Source: an uncultured Candidatus Saccharibacteria bacterium
GTDB taxonomy: Bacteria > Patescibacteriota > Minisyncoccia > UBA6257 > CAYRSR01
Assembly: GCA_964427275.1 (NCBI GenBank)
Contig: CAYRSR010000002.1
Location: 1,956-65,955, forward strand
Reading direction: 5' to 3'
DNA: 64,000 bases
Under the pieces are notes generated by a model, which was not told the DNA's origin, searched no databases, and saw only the letters and a program-made list of their open reading frames with translations. Both the position numbers and the translations under genes were made by a program. This document shows positions 27,469 through 38,152 of the stretch, piece after piece (position 1 is the first letter of the stretch; every line of letters begins with the position of its first letter).

Positions 27469-28509
27469 TTATATCTTGACCTGATTCTTTGGAAAAACTT
27501 CCAGGAATTTTCGATACTTTTTGAAATCTTCTAAGATTACCCCGGTCCCTCTAGATAAACATCCAATTGGGTCATCTACTCGAGATACTTTTATGGAGAG
27601 TTGTCTGGCCAAAAACTTATCTATTCCTCTTAGTAAACTACTCCCTCCGCAGATATAAATTCCATTTTTATAAATATCCCCGGCTAACTCAACTGGAGCT
27701 CTCTCAATTAATTCAGCTATACTATCGACAATAATTTTAAGGGGTTCTTCTAAAGCTATCTGAATGTGAGAACTCTTGACCACAATTTCACGAGGAAGTC
27801 CGGTATTAACATCACGACCTCTAGCAAGGGTATCTAATTTCTCCGACTCTCCTAATGCTGTACCAACTTCTATTTTAATTCTTTCGGCAGTTTTCTCTCC
27901 AATAATCAATCCTGCTTCCTTTTGAATAAAATTGATAATGTATCTATTAAACTGATTTCCAGCAACTTTCAATTTTTCTGAAATTACCACTCCTTCAGCA
28001 GACAGTAAGGCAATATTGGTAACCCCTCCTCCAATGTCTACAATCAAAATTGCCTGGGGCTGGTCAATATTCAAATGTGAACCTAAAGCAGCGGCAACTG
28101 GCTGGGAAACAAAAAATACTGTAGATGCCCCAATGCTCTGATAAAGATCTTCTATAGATTTTCTTTCTACTTCAGTTAAACCAATTGGTATGGTGGAAAC
28201 TACTAGAGTATTAAAAGACCAGGGGCAAGATTTAGCAAAAAATCTTTTCAACATCTCCTTGGCAATATCAAAATCTGAGATTACTCCATTAGATATTGGA
28301 GAAAGAGCAGTAATATGATGAGGGGTTCGGCAAAACATTTTATCAGCTGGTTTTCCCACTGCAGTAATTCGATTAGTTACATTATTAAATGCAACCATGG
28401 ATGGTTCTCTTAAGACAATTCCTTTCCGTCTCAGATAAATCAAAGTGTTACAGGTTCCTAAATCAACTCCTACACCCTTCTTAAAAATATTCACATTAAA
28501 AATACTCAT
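27469..28509 (-). CDS. mreB: Rod shape-determining protein MreB (divergent paralogue)
   Basis: GVDLGTCNT, VDIGGG, AERIKIEVG, GRDVNTGLP. Confidence 0.92.
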   Translation of the reverse strand: MSIFNVNIFKKGVGVDLGTCNTLIYLRRKGIVLREPSMVAFNNVTNRITAVGKPADKMFCRTPHHITALSPISNGVISDFDIAKEMLKRFFAKSCPWSFNTLVVSTIPIGLTEVERKSIEDLYQSIGASTVFFVSQPVAAALGSHLNIDQPQAILIVDIGGGVTNIALLSAEGVVISEKLKVAGNQFNRYIINFIQKEAGLIIGEKTAERIKIEVGTALGESEKLDTLARGRDVNTGLPREIVVKSSHIQIALEEPLKIIVDSIAELIERAPVELAGDIYKNGIYICGGSSLLRGIDKFLARQLSIKVSRVDDPIGCLSRGTGVILEDFKKYRKFLEVFPKNQVKI

Positions 28510-29744
28510 ATTTTATTTAGTAACTGTCTTAAGCTAACTAATCTTTTTTTGGTTTGATTTCTTTTTTTGATTTCTATTTTGTTAACCGCCTTAGTTTTTG
28601 GACTTACTACCAGTCGATTTGGAATTCCAATTAGATCAGCATCGGCAAACTTCTCTCCAGCTGAAACCTTTCTATCATCACATAATACTTCAGCACTTTT
28701 CTGCTTAAGCTTAGCATATACTTTTTTTGCAAATTTTTCAACCTCCTTATCATTGGATAAAATTAGCAGATGGTACTGATAAGGACTGATTTCTTCAGGC
28801 CAGATAATTCCGGCTGAATCGTGATTTACTTCTACTACCGTAGCTAAAGTCCTTTCAATTCCTATTCCATAACAGCCCATGACTACTGGCTTAAGTTCCC
28901 CAGTTTTGGTTCTAAACCTAAGGTCTAGAGATTCTGAAAACCTGGTTCCTAATTTAAAAATATTTCCAACTTCAATAGCTCTGGTTTTTTTAATTGTTCC
29001 TTTACCGCAGCGAGGACATTTTTGTCCTTCTTTTAAACTGCTTATTTCTTTATTCTGGGAAAACTTGCAATTTTCACACCAGAAAATAGTATCTTCTCCA
29101 GAAGGACTTTCTACCATAAATTCATGAGAATATTTAGAAAAATAACCTCCGGAAGCTTCAGTAACTATTGCAGTTAACCCACATCTTTTAAATATTCTCA
29201 GATAAACTTTTTTCAATTTCTGGTAGTATTTTTCCAGGTCTGCTTGATCCTGGTGAAAACTATATAAATCCTTCATTGTAAATTCCCTCCCCCTTATTAA
29301 TCCAGACCTAGCTCTAGGTTCATCCCGAAACTTAGTTTGAATCTGATAAACTGAAATAGGTAGGTCCTGATAGGAAAGAATTATTGGCTTGGCTAATTCA
29401 GTAACTATTTCTTCATGAGTTGGCCCTAAAACTAACTTCTTGCCTGCTCTATCGACAAACTGATACATAATTTCACTCAAATCCTTAAATCGATTAGTTT
29501 GCTCCCAGATTTTTTGAGGTTGAACTGCAGGCATCAATATTTCCTGAGCTCCGATTTTATTTAGTTCTTCTCGAATGATATTTTCTATCTTCTTTTTAAC
29601 CCTTAACCCGAGAGGCAGAAAGCTATATACTCCAGCCATTAATTTACTAACAAATCCACCTTTAATTAAAAATCTAGCATTAGCTGATTTTTCTTCTTTA
29701 TAAAATTGCTTAGAAGTTTTTGAAAATAACTTAGACTGAAGCAT
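28506..29744 (-). CDS. proS: Proline--tRNA ligase (short form without full editing domain)
   Basis: GVYSFLPLG, LGPTHEE, FRDEPRARSGLIRGREF, IEVGNIFKLG, MGCYGIG; 412 aa. Confidence 0.96.
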   Translation of the reverse strand: MLQSKLFSKTSKQFYKEEKSANARFLIKGGFVSKLMAGVYSFLPLGLRVKKKIENIIREELNKIGAQEILMPAVQPQKIWEQTNRFKDLSEIMYQFVDRAGKKLVLGPTHEEIVTELAKPIILSYQDLPISVYQIQTKFRDEPRARSGLIRGREFTMKDLYSFHQDQADLEKYYQKLKKVYLRIFKRCGLTAIVTEASGGYFSKYSHEFMVESPSGEDTIFWCENCKFSQNKEISSLKEGQKCPRCGKGTIKKTRAIEVGNIFKLGTRFSESLDLRFRTKTGELKPVVMGCYGIGIERTLATVVEVNHDSAGIIWPEEISPYQYHLLILSNDKEVEKFAKKVYAKLKQKSAEVLCDDRKVSAGEKFADADLIGIPNRLVVSPKTKAVNKIEIKKRNQTKKRLVSLRQLLNKI

Positions 29745-29763
29745 AATAAAACCCTTTTATTAA

Positions 29764-30777
29764 TTATAAAACCATTCTAATATCCTTGAAAACAAGTAAA
29801 ATGGCTAAAATTAACAAAAAGATAAATCCATAGGCATTAATTGTTGAAACAATTTTCTTAGATAAGGGACGACCCTTAATTTTTTCAATGGCAGTATAAA
29901 CTAAAAACATTCCATCCAGAGCAGGAAATGGTAGTAAATTGAAAACTGCCAAACCTACTGAAATACTAGCCATTACCTGCACAAGGTAAATTAGTCCAAT
30001 CTGACCAATTTTATAGGCAAAAAATACCATTCCTACCGGACCAACTACATCCTGAAGTAGTTCGGGCTTTACAAAAGATTGAGTAATAATTTTGTATAGT
30101 CCCTGAAGAGTAGCTCTTATAACCCAGAAAGTTCGTCTAGTAGCTACAGCAAGACTTCCCAAAAAAGATTGCTTGGGAATTCCAGCATCAAAAAAGCCAA
30201 TACCTAGCTTTCCTTCTCCAGAAGGAGGAGATACTCTAGGAACAATTGATTTGGTTAAAATATTACCATTTCGCCTTATTTTTAAAGTTATTTTCTTTCC
30301 AGCCTGTTGGTTTAAGAACTGAATCATTTGCTCACCTGTAAATGGAAAATCTAATCGCTGCTGCCCGTAGCTTAAGTTAATAATTTGGTCCTGAACTTGA
30401 AGACCGGCTTGTTCAGCTGGTGAACCGGGAAAAACCTTGTTGATTAACAAAACCGGGTCAGTTCCTATCAGGGACACCATAACAAATAACAAAAATCCTA
30501 ACATTAGATTAAAAAGTACTCCCCCAAGAAAAATAGCCGATTTATGTAAAGGAGGCTGTCTGAGCAGGTCGGTTTCAGATATTTTGTTAAACCCACCAAA
30601 CGGTATAGCATTGATGCTATATTTGGTTCCTCCAAGCTTCTTAGAAAAAATGCAGGGAGGATAACCAAGTCCAAATTCTTCAACCTTAACCCTAAAAGAT
30701 TTTGCTAAGCAAAAATGTCCGAATTCATGAACCAAAACGATTATTGAAAGAAAAATTACTGCTAATAAATAAATCAT
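29764..30777 (-). CDS. rseP: RseP/M50 intramembrane zinc metalloprotease
   Basis: HEFGH, PDZ domain, NLLPFPALDG. Confidence 0.93.
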   Translation of the reverse strand: MIYLLAVIFLSIIVLVHEFGHFCLAKSFRVKVEEFGLGYPPCIFSKKLGGTKYSINAIPFGGFNKISETDLLRQPPLHKSAIFLGGVLFNLMLGFLLFVMVSLIGTDPVLLINKVFPGSPAEQAGLQVQDQIINLSYGQQRLDFPFTGEQMIQFLNQQAGKKITLKIRRNGNILTKSIVPRVSPPSGEGKLGIGFFDAGIPKQSFLGSLAVATRRTFWVIRATLQGLYKIITQSFVKPELLQDVVGPVGMVFFAYKIGQIGLIYLVQVMASISVGLAVFNLLPFPALDGMFLVYTAIEKIKGRPLSKKIVSTINAYGFIFLLILAILLVFKDIRMVL

Positions 30778-31310
30778 CTCTGTATTTCTTCAATTTTAGA
30801 TTGAACAATTTGTTGAATCTGATTATTAATCTCTTTAGTGTGTTGGTCAATTTGTTCTTTTAACCTAAACTTTTGATCCTCGGTAAGTTCTTTATCTAGG
30901 TACTTTTGTTCAATTTGTTTATTAAAATTATCTCGTTCAGCTCGAATTAAAATTCTAGTTTGTTCAGCAATACTTTTAACCTGCTTAATTATTTGCTGTT
31001 TTCTTTCTGAAGACAGTGGAGGGAGCTTTACAAAAATTGTTTTCTCCGAAACCCGGTTAGAATAACCGCGCTTGGATAAAGCTCTGGTAATCTCTGGAAT
31101 AGCATCTTTATCCCATACTTCAATTGAAAATTCCTGGACTGAAGGCATCCGAATAGTAGCTAGTTGTTTTAAGGGAATTTGCTGTTGATAATATTCTATT
31201 TTAATGTCCCCAATTAAGCTTGAATCAATCCTACTTCCTCTAATTAAATTTAGTTTTTGTCTAAAGTTATCAACAATTTGTTTAGTTTTAGTTTTATAAT
31301 CTTCTAGCAT
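30774..31310 (-). CDS. frr: Ribosome recycling factor
   Basis: IRGSR, PLKQLA, LPPLSSERK, IRAER; 178 aa. Confidence 0.9.
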   Translation of the reverse strand: MLEDYKTKTKQIVDNFRQKLNLIRGSRIDSSLIGDIKIEYYQQQIPLKQLATIRMPSVQEFSIEVWDKDAIPEITRALSKRGYSNRVSEKTIFVKLPPLSSERKQQIIKQVKSIAEQTRILIRAERDNFNKQIEQKYLDKELTEDQKFRLKEQIDQHTKEINNQIQQIVQSKIEEIQR

Positions 31311-31311
31311 A

Positions 31312-32052
31312 TTAGTCTTCAGCTACCATTAGTTCTAATGCCCTTTGTTGAAGTTTTCGATTTAAATTATATTTAGAAAGCTCCACCTGTTTATTTAAAA
31401 GCATCTTAATTTTAGAATATTTTTTCTCTTTTCTCAATTTAATTATTATCCGTTCAATCCTTTCATTAAGGTCTTTAATTTGGTTATTTTGCTTTAGTAA
31501 CTGGATAGCTCTTCCTAGTCGACCAAAAGAATCTTTAGCCAGTTTCTCAGCTAAATCTTCAGTCAGGTTATATTTGACAAGTAAGATTTTTTTTATCCGG
31601 CATTCAGGCAAAGTTGGAAAATAAATCTTAGTTAACCTTGAACTTAAGGTTTCTAAAAGAAATAAAGGATTCCTGGCAATAAGAATAATTACAGAATAAG
31701 CCGGTGGCTCTTCAACAATCTTTAATAAGGCATTGCTAGCTTGATAAGTAAGTAAATCAGCCTGGTCAATAACTACCGAACGATATTTCGATTTCAAAGG
31801 TTTAAGCTTCAAAAACCTTTTGATTTCCTTAACTTTATCTATACCAATTTTACTCTCTGGAAGAATTATCCGAGCATCAATTAAGTTGGTAAAATGGCTA
31901 TAATTTCCCTTTTCCAGAAAATTTACCAATTCTAACGCAAAACTAAACTTACCTACGCTTTTCTCTCCAAAAAAAACATAACTTCCAGATAGTCTACCCT
32001 CATTAATTAGTTTTTCAAACTGCTTGTATTTTTCTTCCAGACCAAATAGCAT
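31312..32052 (-). CDS. holB: DNA polymerase III delta' subunit-like
   Basis: YVFFGEKSVGK, IGID.V, VVIDQAD.LT..ASNALLKIVEEP, TLSSR. Confidence 0.85.
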   Translation of the reverse strand: MLFGLEEKYKQFEKLINEGRLSGSYVFFGEKSVGKFSFALELVNFLEKGNYSHFTNLIDARIILPESKIGIDKVKEIKRFLKLKPLKSKYRSVVIDQADLLTYQASNALLKIVEEPPAYSVIILIARNPLFLLETLSSRLTKIYFPTLPECRIKKILLVKYNLTEDLAEKLAKDSFGRLGRAIQLLKQNNQIKDLNERIERIIIKLRKEKKYSKIKMLLNKQVELSKYNLNRKLQQRALELMVAED

Positions 32053-32080
32053 AAGTTTTCAGTCTAATATTTGCTATATT

Positions 32081-33088
32081 TTAGAACTTTGATAGTAATG
32101 CCCTTTTATAAACATCAAGATGGTCCAGAATAAGGGCAGTCCCTTTAACCACACAATATAAAGGATCTTCAGCTACATAAGCTGGTACTTTCAAAACTTT
32201 TTCAAAGTATTTATCAATTTTCCTTAGTTTTGCTGTTCCTCCGCTAATTATTATTCCTTTTTCCATTATATCAGCTACCAGCTCTGGGGGGGTCTGATTA
32301 AACACTTTCTCAATACTTCTAGCAATTTCACTTAAATGAAAGGAAATGGCTTCCTGGACATGAACATTCTGAATAACTAAATCTTTAGGTAATCCGGTTC
32401 TGAAATCTCTTCCTCTTATTTTAAGTTCAACAATTTTTTTGGGAGGCAGAGCTTCGCCTATTTCAAATTTAATTTTCTCGGCTGTTCTTTCACCAATAAC
32501 TAACTTAAATCTTTTTTTAATGTAGCTAGCAATAGCCTGATCAAGCTTATTGCCACCAATTTTTTCACTGGCATAAGAAACAATTCCACCCAGAGAAATT
32601 ACTGCTATTTCTGAAGTTCCTCCACCTAAATTAACAATCATATTTCCTTCAGAAGAATTAATTGGAATTCCTGCCCCTAAAGCTGCTAAAATTGGCTCCT
32701 TTACTAGGTATACTTCTCTAGCCCCGGCTTCTTTAGCTGCCTTCACTACAGCTCTCCTTTCTACTGGAGTAATTCCACAAGAGACTGATATTGCTACCTC
32801 TGGCTTAAGTAAATTGAATCGACCAATAGCTTTATTAATAAAATAGGCAAGCATAGCCTTGGTAATATAGTACTCGGCAATTACTCCTTCTTTTAATGGC
32901 TTATAAATTACAATATTAGAAGGAGTTTTACCAACCATTTCCTTAGCTTCCCGACCAACCGCCATTACTTTATTTTCTGGCTTAACTAAGGCTACCGCAG
33001 TTGGTTCATTAATTACTACTCCTTTTCCTGGAACATAAACTAAAGTATTGGTAGTTCCTAAATCAATTCCCAGCTTAGATATCAGCAT
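32081..33088 (-). CDS. mreB: Rod shape-determining protein MreB/Mbl (second paralogue)
   Basis: GIDLGTTNTLVY, INEPTAVA, EPILAALGAG, TPPELVADI, AEDPLYCV. Confidence 0.95.
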   Translation of the reverse strand: MLISKLGIDLGTTNTLVYVPGKGVVINEPTAVALVKPENKVMAVGREAKEMVGKTPSNIVIYKPLKEGVIAEYYITKAMLAYFINKAIGRFNLLKPEVAISVSCGITPVERRAVVKAAKEAGAREVYLVKEPILAALGAGIPINSSEGNMIVNLGGGTSEIAVISLGGIVSYASEKIGGNKLDQAIASYIKKRFKLVIGERTAEKIKFEIGEALPPKKIVELKIRGRDFRTGLPKDLVIQNVHVQEAISFHLSEIARSIEKVFNQTPPELVADIMEKGIIISGGTAKLRKIDKYFEKVLKVPAYVAEDPLYCVVKGTALILDHLDVYKRALLSKF

Positions 33089-33274
33089 AAGTCTAAGGTA
33101 ACTTACTTGTTTGCAGGCTTAATAAATGCTTGAAAACTCATACTTTAAAATTTTGTATTGCTTTATTATAATATAGTCTAACTTCAAAAGTCAATTAAAG
33201 TTAAATTAAATCACTTTTCCAGAATCTTATTTCTCTTGTTTTAGAAATTTCTTGAGACTATAATTATTAAGTCT

Positions 33275-36200
33275 ATGGAATTTGTTCACCTTCATACTCA
33301 CAGTCATTATTCACTTTTAGACGGACTAGCCAAGATTGACGAGTTAATAGACCGGGCTAAGGAATTGGAAATGAAAGCTCTAGCCTTAACTGACCATGGA
33401 AATCTTTATGGAGCTATCGAATTTTACAAAAAAGCTAAATTAAAAGGTATAAAGCCAATTCTAGGAGTAGAAGCTTACCTAGCTTTAAAAGACAGATTTA
33501 CTAAGAGACCTAAAGTTGATTCAAAAAATTATCACTTGACTCTAATTTGTAAGAATAATACTGGCTGGAAAAATTTATTAAAATTGGTAACAAAATCTTA
33601 CCTGGAAGGATTCTATTATCATCCAAGAATGGATAAGGAATTGCTGACTCAGTATCATGAAGGGTTAATCGGAATGTCTGGGTGCCTAGCGGGTGAAATT
33701 CCCCAGCTTCTATTAGAAAACAAATTTGAACAAGCTAAAAATAAATTAGCAGAATACCAGAAAATCTTTGGGAAAGAAAATTTTTATCTAGAATTAAGTG
33801 CTCATCCAGAAGTAAAAAAAATAAACCTAGTAAATCAAAGAATAATCAAGTTAGCTAAACAAACCAATACTCCATTGGTTGCTACTCAGGATATTCATTA
33901 TCTTTATCCCGAAGATGCTAAGTATCACCAGATACTTTTAAATGTTCAAACTAATCATGCGGAAAAATTAGTTATGGAAGGTGACTATTCAATGCGCTCT
34001 CCTCAACAAATGTTTCAAATTTTTAAAGATATTCCTGAAGCTATTTCCAATACAGTAAAAATTGCTGAGCAATGCAATGTTGAAATTGAGTTAGGAAAAG
34101 TTCAATTACCTAAATTCAAAGATTCTGAAGAACAGGATTCATTTAGCTATTTGAAAGAACTGGTTAAAGAAAAATTACCTTCAAAGTTTTCTCAAGTTAC
34201 TCCTGAAATTAGAAACAGAATCAACTATGAGCTTTCAGTAATTAAAAAAACTAACTTTGCAGATTACTTCTTAATTGTTCAGGATGTTTGCAACTGGGCT
34301 AGAAAACGAAAAATCGTAGTAGGTCCAGGCCGAGGTTCAGCAGCTGGAAGTCTAGTTGCCTATGTTCTGGGAATAGTAAAAATTAACCCACTAAAGTACG
34401 ATCTTTTGTTTGAAAGATTTCTTAATCCCCAAAGAGTTCAGCTTCCAGACATTGATATTGACTTTGCTGATACCAGAAGAGATGAAGTAATAGATTATGT
34501 TCGCCAAAAATATGGAAAAGACAGAGTAGCTCAAATTGTCACTTTTGATACTATGGCAGCTAGAGCAGCAATAAGAGATACTGGTAGATCTTTGGGATAT
34601 AGCTATAGCTTCTGCGACAAAATAGCCAAGTTAATTCCACCCAATCTTTCACTAAACCAAGCATTAAATACTTTACCGGAATTAAATCAACTTTACCTGA
34701 GCAATCAACAAGTTAAAAATCTAATTGATTCAGCCAAAAAATTAGAAGGGGTAGTCAGGCATGCCTCAGTTCATGCCTGTGGAGTAGTGATTTCAAAGTA
34801 TCCACTAACTGATTTAGTTCCTTTGCAATTTGCTCCTCAGGATAAGTATTGCATTATTACTCAATTTGACATGCATTCAATTGAAGATCTGGGATTACTA
34901 AAAATAGATTTTCTAGGATTAAGAAATTTAACCATCATAGAAGAGACTTTAAAACTAATAAAAGAACATTATAATCGAGATATAAGAATTGAAGATATTC
35001 CTGAGGATGACAAGCAAACTTTTGATTTACTCAAACGTGGAAATACTGCCGGAATATTTCAACTTGAATCTGAAGGAATGACTGCTTACCTTAAGAAACT
35101 AAAACCAAATCGGTTTGAAGACATTATAGCCATGATAGCTCTCTATCGCCCGGGACCACTAAAGGCAGGTTTAATTCCCAGCTACATTAATAGAAAAAAT
35201 GGAAAGGAAAAGATTGAATACATTCATCCAAAGCTTGAACCAATTTTAAAAGCAACTTATGGAGTGCCAATTTATCAAGAACAGTTGATGAAAATTGTCC
35301 AGGTGCTGGCTAATTTTTCTCTGGCTGAGGCTGATATTTTAAGAAAAGCTATAGGAAAGAAAAGAGAGGATTTAATTAAAAGACTTTCCCAAAAAATAAT
35401 TGACGGAATGGTAAAAAACAACATTCCAAGAAACACTGCACTTCGAATCTGGGAGTGGATAAAGCCATTTGCTGGCTACGGCTTCAACAAAAGCCACAGT
35501 GCTTGTTATGCCACAATTTCTTATCAAACTGCTTACCTTAAGGCTCACTTTCCAGTTGAATTTGCTGCAGCTTTATTTAATGCTTCTTTGTTTGATATTG
35601 ACCGAGTTGCTTACCTAATCAAGCAAGTTGAAGAATCTAATATAAAGGTCTTACCTCCAGATGTAAATTTGAGTCAGGCCAAATTTAGTCCTGAGGAAAA
35701 TAATATCAGATTTGGTTTAATAGCTATAAAAAATGTCGGAATAGGTTTAGCAAGCGAAATTGTTGAAAATAGGATCCAGAATGGTCCATTTCAAAACTTA
35801 GCTGATTTCCTATTTAGAATTAAGCACAATCTAAACAAAAAATCTCTGGAAAGCTTAATCAAGTCTGGAGCACTGGATAGCCTTGGAACAAGCCGAGAGA
35901 CTGCAATTGACAACTTAGACAAGTTGCTTAAATTTAACTCATCCAACAAAATATCTACCCAGCCAGCTTTATTTAGCTATCAGCCTTCAAAATTATCATT
36001 AAAACTAAAACCGTCTAAGCCTAATTTGAGTTTAAGACTTTCCTGGGAAAAGGAATATTTAGGGGCTTATCTTACTGGCCACCCATTGCATTTAATTAAA
36101 GTAAACCAGAAAGATATAACTCCAATTAGCAAATTAAAGGAAAAAATCGGCAAAAAATTAACTATAATCGGGATAATTTCTAAGATTAAGAAGAAAATAA

Positions 36201-36397
36201 CCAAACTTGGTGAACCAATGTTATTCGTAAAACTAGAAGATTTAACCGAACAAGTAGAGATAGTAGTTTTCCCAAAAGTTTTAACCAGTTATCCTGAATT
36301 ATTTAAGGAAAATAAAATAATAATGGCAAGAGGCCTAGTTTCTTCAAGATTAGGAAAGATAAGTTTTATTTGCGACCAAGTTAAATTACTAAGATAA
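33275..36397 (+). CDS. dnaE: DNA polymerase III alpha subunit
   Basis: FVHLHTHSHYSLLDG, GPGRGSAAGS, PDIDIDF, FAGYGFNKSH, C-terminal OB fold. Confidence 0.98.
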   Translation: MEFVHLHTHSHYSLLDGLAKIDELIDRAKELEMKALALTDHGNLYGAIEFYKKAKLKGIKPILGVEAYLALKDRFTKRPKVDSKNYHLTLICKNNTGWKNLLKLVTKSYLEGFYYHPRMDKELLTQYHEGLIGMSGCLAGEIPQLLLENKFEQAKNKLAEYQKIFGKENFYLELSAHPEVKKINLVNQRIIKLAKQTNTPLVATQDIHYLYPEDAKYHQILLNVQTNHAEKLVMEGDYSMRSPQQMFQIFKDIPEAISNTVKIAEQCNVEIELGKVQLPKFKDSEEQDSFSYLKELVKEKLPSKFSQVTPEIRNRINYELSVIKKTNFADYFLIVQDVCNWARKRKIVVGPGRGSAAGSLVAYVLGIVKINPLKYDLLFERFLNPQRVQLPDIDIDFADTRRDEVIDYVRQKYGKDRVAQIVTFDTMAARAAIRDTGRSLGYSYSFCDKIAKLIPPNLSLNQALNTLPELNQLYLSNQQVKNLIDSAKKLEGVVRHASVHACGVVISKYPLTDLVPLQFAPQDKYCIITQFDMHSIEDLGLLKIDFLGLRNLTIIEETLKLIKEHYNRDIRIEDIPEDDKQTFDLLKRGNTAGIFQLESEGMTAYLKKLKPNRFEDIIAMIALYRPGPLKAGLIPSYINRKNGKEKIEYIHPKLEPILKATYGVPIYQEQLMKIVQVLANFSLAEADILRKAIGKKREDLIKRLSQKIIDGMVKNNIPRNTALRIWEWIKPFAGYGFNKSHSACYATISYQTAYLKAHFPVEFAAALFNASLFDIDRVAYLIKQVEESNIKVLPPDVNLSQAKFSPEENNIRFGLIAIKNVGIGLASEIVENRIQNGPFQNLADFLFRIKHNLNKKSLESLIKSGALDSLGTSRETAIDNLDKLLKFNSSNKISTQPALFSYQPSKLSLKLKPSKPNLSLRLSWEKEYLGAYLTGHPLHLIKVNQKDITPISKLKEKIGKKLTIIGIISKIKKKITKLGEPMLFVKLEDLTEQVEIVVFPKVLTSYPELFKENKIIMARGLVSSRLGKISFICDQVKLLR

Positions 36398-36399
36398 AA

Positions 36400-38109
36400 A
36401 TGTCCAGATACAAACTATCCACTATCAGACACTCTCTAGCTCATATCCTAGCCACCGCAGTTTATGAACTTTACCCCAATGCTAAATTTGGTACTGGGCC
36501 AGCTACAGAAAACGGGTTCTATTACGACATAAAATTTGAAACTAAAATTGCCGAAAAAGACCTACAGAAGATTGAATCAAAAATGAAGGAATTAATAGAT
36601 GAAAACATTCCATTTATAAAGCAAGAGATTTCTATCAGTCAGGCTAAAAAAATATTTGAAAATCAACCTTTTAAGCTGGAGTTAATACAAGAATTGAGCA
36701 GAAAACAGAAATACGTATCAGTTTATCAAAGTAAAGATTTTATTGATTTGTGTAAAGGACCTCATGTAAGAAAATCTGGAATAATCAATAAAAGTGCATT
36801 TAAATTGACTAGAATTGCTAGTGCTTATTGGAAAGGAGATGAAAAAAATCCAATGCTAACTAGAATCTATGGAGTTGCATTTACCACCAAGGAGGAGCTA
36901 GAAAAGTATTTAGAAAATCTAAAAGAAATCAAGTTAAGAGATCACCGAACCTTAGGGCAAACTTTGGAATTGTTTATGTTTGATGAAGAAGTAGGAGCTG
37001 GGCTTCCTTTATGGTTACCAAAAGGAGAAACCTTACGTCACATTATTGAAGAATATCTTTACAAAGAACTTAAATCTACTGGATATCAATGGGTGAGAAC
37101 TCCTCACATTGGTAATCTAAAGCTCTGGAAAACCTCAGGACACTGGGAACTTTACCGAGAAAACATGTATTCTCCAATAGAAGTAGATAACCAGAAGTAC
37201 TTACTTAAACCAATGAACTGTCCTTTTCATGTTAAGATTTATCAGTACAAGGTTAGAAGCTACAAAGACTTGCCTTTAAGGTATGCTGAATTAGGTACTG
37301 TGTACCGATATGAAAGAACTGGAGTTCTTCATGGATTAACCAGAGTTAGAGGTTTTACTCAGGATGATGCTCATATCTGGTGCACTCCAGCACAACTATC
37401 TGATGAACTAACTAGAATTTTAAAGCAAGGCCTAAAAATCTTAAAAACCTTTGGATTTAGAGAATTTAACATTTACCTTTCTACCAGACCTGAAAAATAT
37501 GCTGGAACCATTAAAAAATGGCAGAAAGCTACTAAAAGTTTGAAATATGTACTAAATAAACTGAACCTGGATTATAAAATTGACCGTGGAGGAGGAGTAT
37601 TTTATGGACCAAAAATTGACATAAAGATTAAAGATGCATTAGGTCGAGAATGGCAATGTACTACCATTCAGGTAGACTTTAACTTACCAGAAAGATTCAA
37701 TATTGTTTATATGGATGAATCTGGCAAAAAAAGACAACCAATTATGATTCATCGAGCCTTATTAGGATCCATTGAGCGATTTATTGGAATACTTTTAGAG
37801 CATTATCGAGGAGCTTTACCTCTATGGCTATCACCTATTCAGGTAGTTATACTTCCGATTGCTAAGCGTCATCTAAATTATGCCAAAAAAATTCAAAAAC
37901 AACTAAACCTACGCTCTGAAATCTGGCTAGAAAAGCAAACATTGGCTAAAAGAATTAGAGAGGCTGAGATTCAGAAAATTCCTTACATGCTGATAGTTGG
38001 TGACCGGGAAATCAAGGAAAATCAAGTTGCAATAAGAAGCGAAAAGAAAGGAGACTTAGGTAGAATGAAGCTAGAACAATTTTTGAAAGAAATCAAAACT
38101 AAGAATTGA
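36400..38109 (+). CDS. thrS: Threonine--tRNA ligase (no N-terminal TGS domain)
   Basis: RHSLAH, DLCKGPH, RDHR, KPMNCPFH, RVRGFTQDD, HRALLGSIERF. Confidence 0.98.
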   Translation: MSRYKLSTIRHSLAHILATAVYELYPNAKFGTGPATENGFYYDIKFETKIAEKDLQKIESKMKELIDENIPFIKQEISISQAKKIFENQPFKLELIQELSRKQKYVSVYQSKDFIDLCKGPHVRKSGIINKSAFKLTRIASAYWKGDEKNPMLTRIYGVAFTTKEELEKYLENLKEIKLRDHRTLGQTLELFMFDEEVGAGLPLWLPKGETLRHIIEEYLYKELKSTGYQWVRTPHIGNLKLWKTSGHWELYRENMYSPIEVDNQKYLLKPMNCPFHVKIYQYKVRSYKDLPLRYAELGTVYRYERTGVLHGLTRVRGFTQDDAHIWCTPAQLSDELTRILKQGLKILKTFGFREFNIYLSTRPEKYAGTIKKWQKATKSLKYVLNKLNLDYKIDRGGGVFYGPKIDIKIKDALGREWQCTTIQVDFNLPERFNIVYMDESGKKRQPIMIHRALLGSIERFIGILLEHYRGALPLWLSPIQVVILPIAKRHLNYAKKIQKQLNLRSEIWLEKQTLAKRIREAEIQKIPYMLIVGDREIKENQVAIRSEKKGDLGRMKLEQFLKEIKTKN

Positions 38110-38152
38110 ATTTACCTGATAAGATTATTAGATTTGTATAGTTCCTATAGTA

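Noticed and set aside
28506-29744. Short ProRS as a pseudogene
   Set aside because: All class II motifs and the anticodon domain are intact; forms lacking the editing insertion are an established type.
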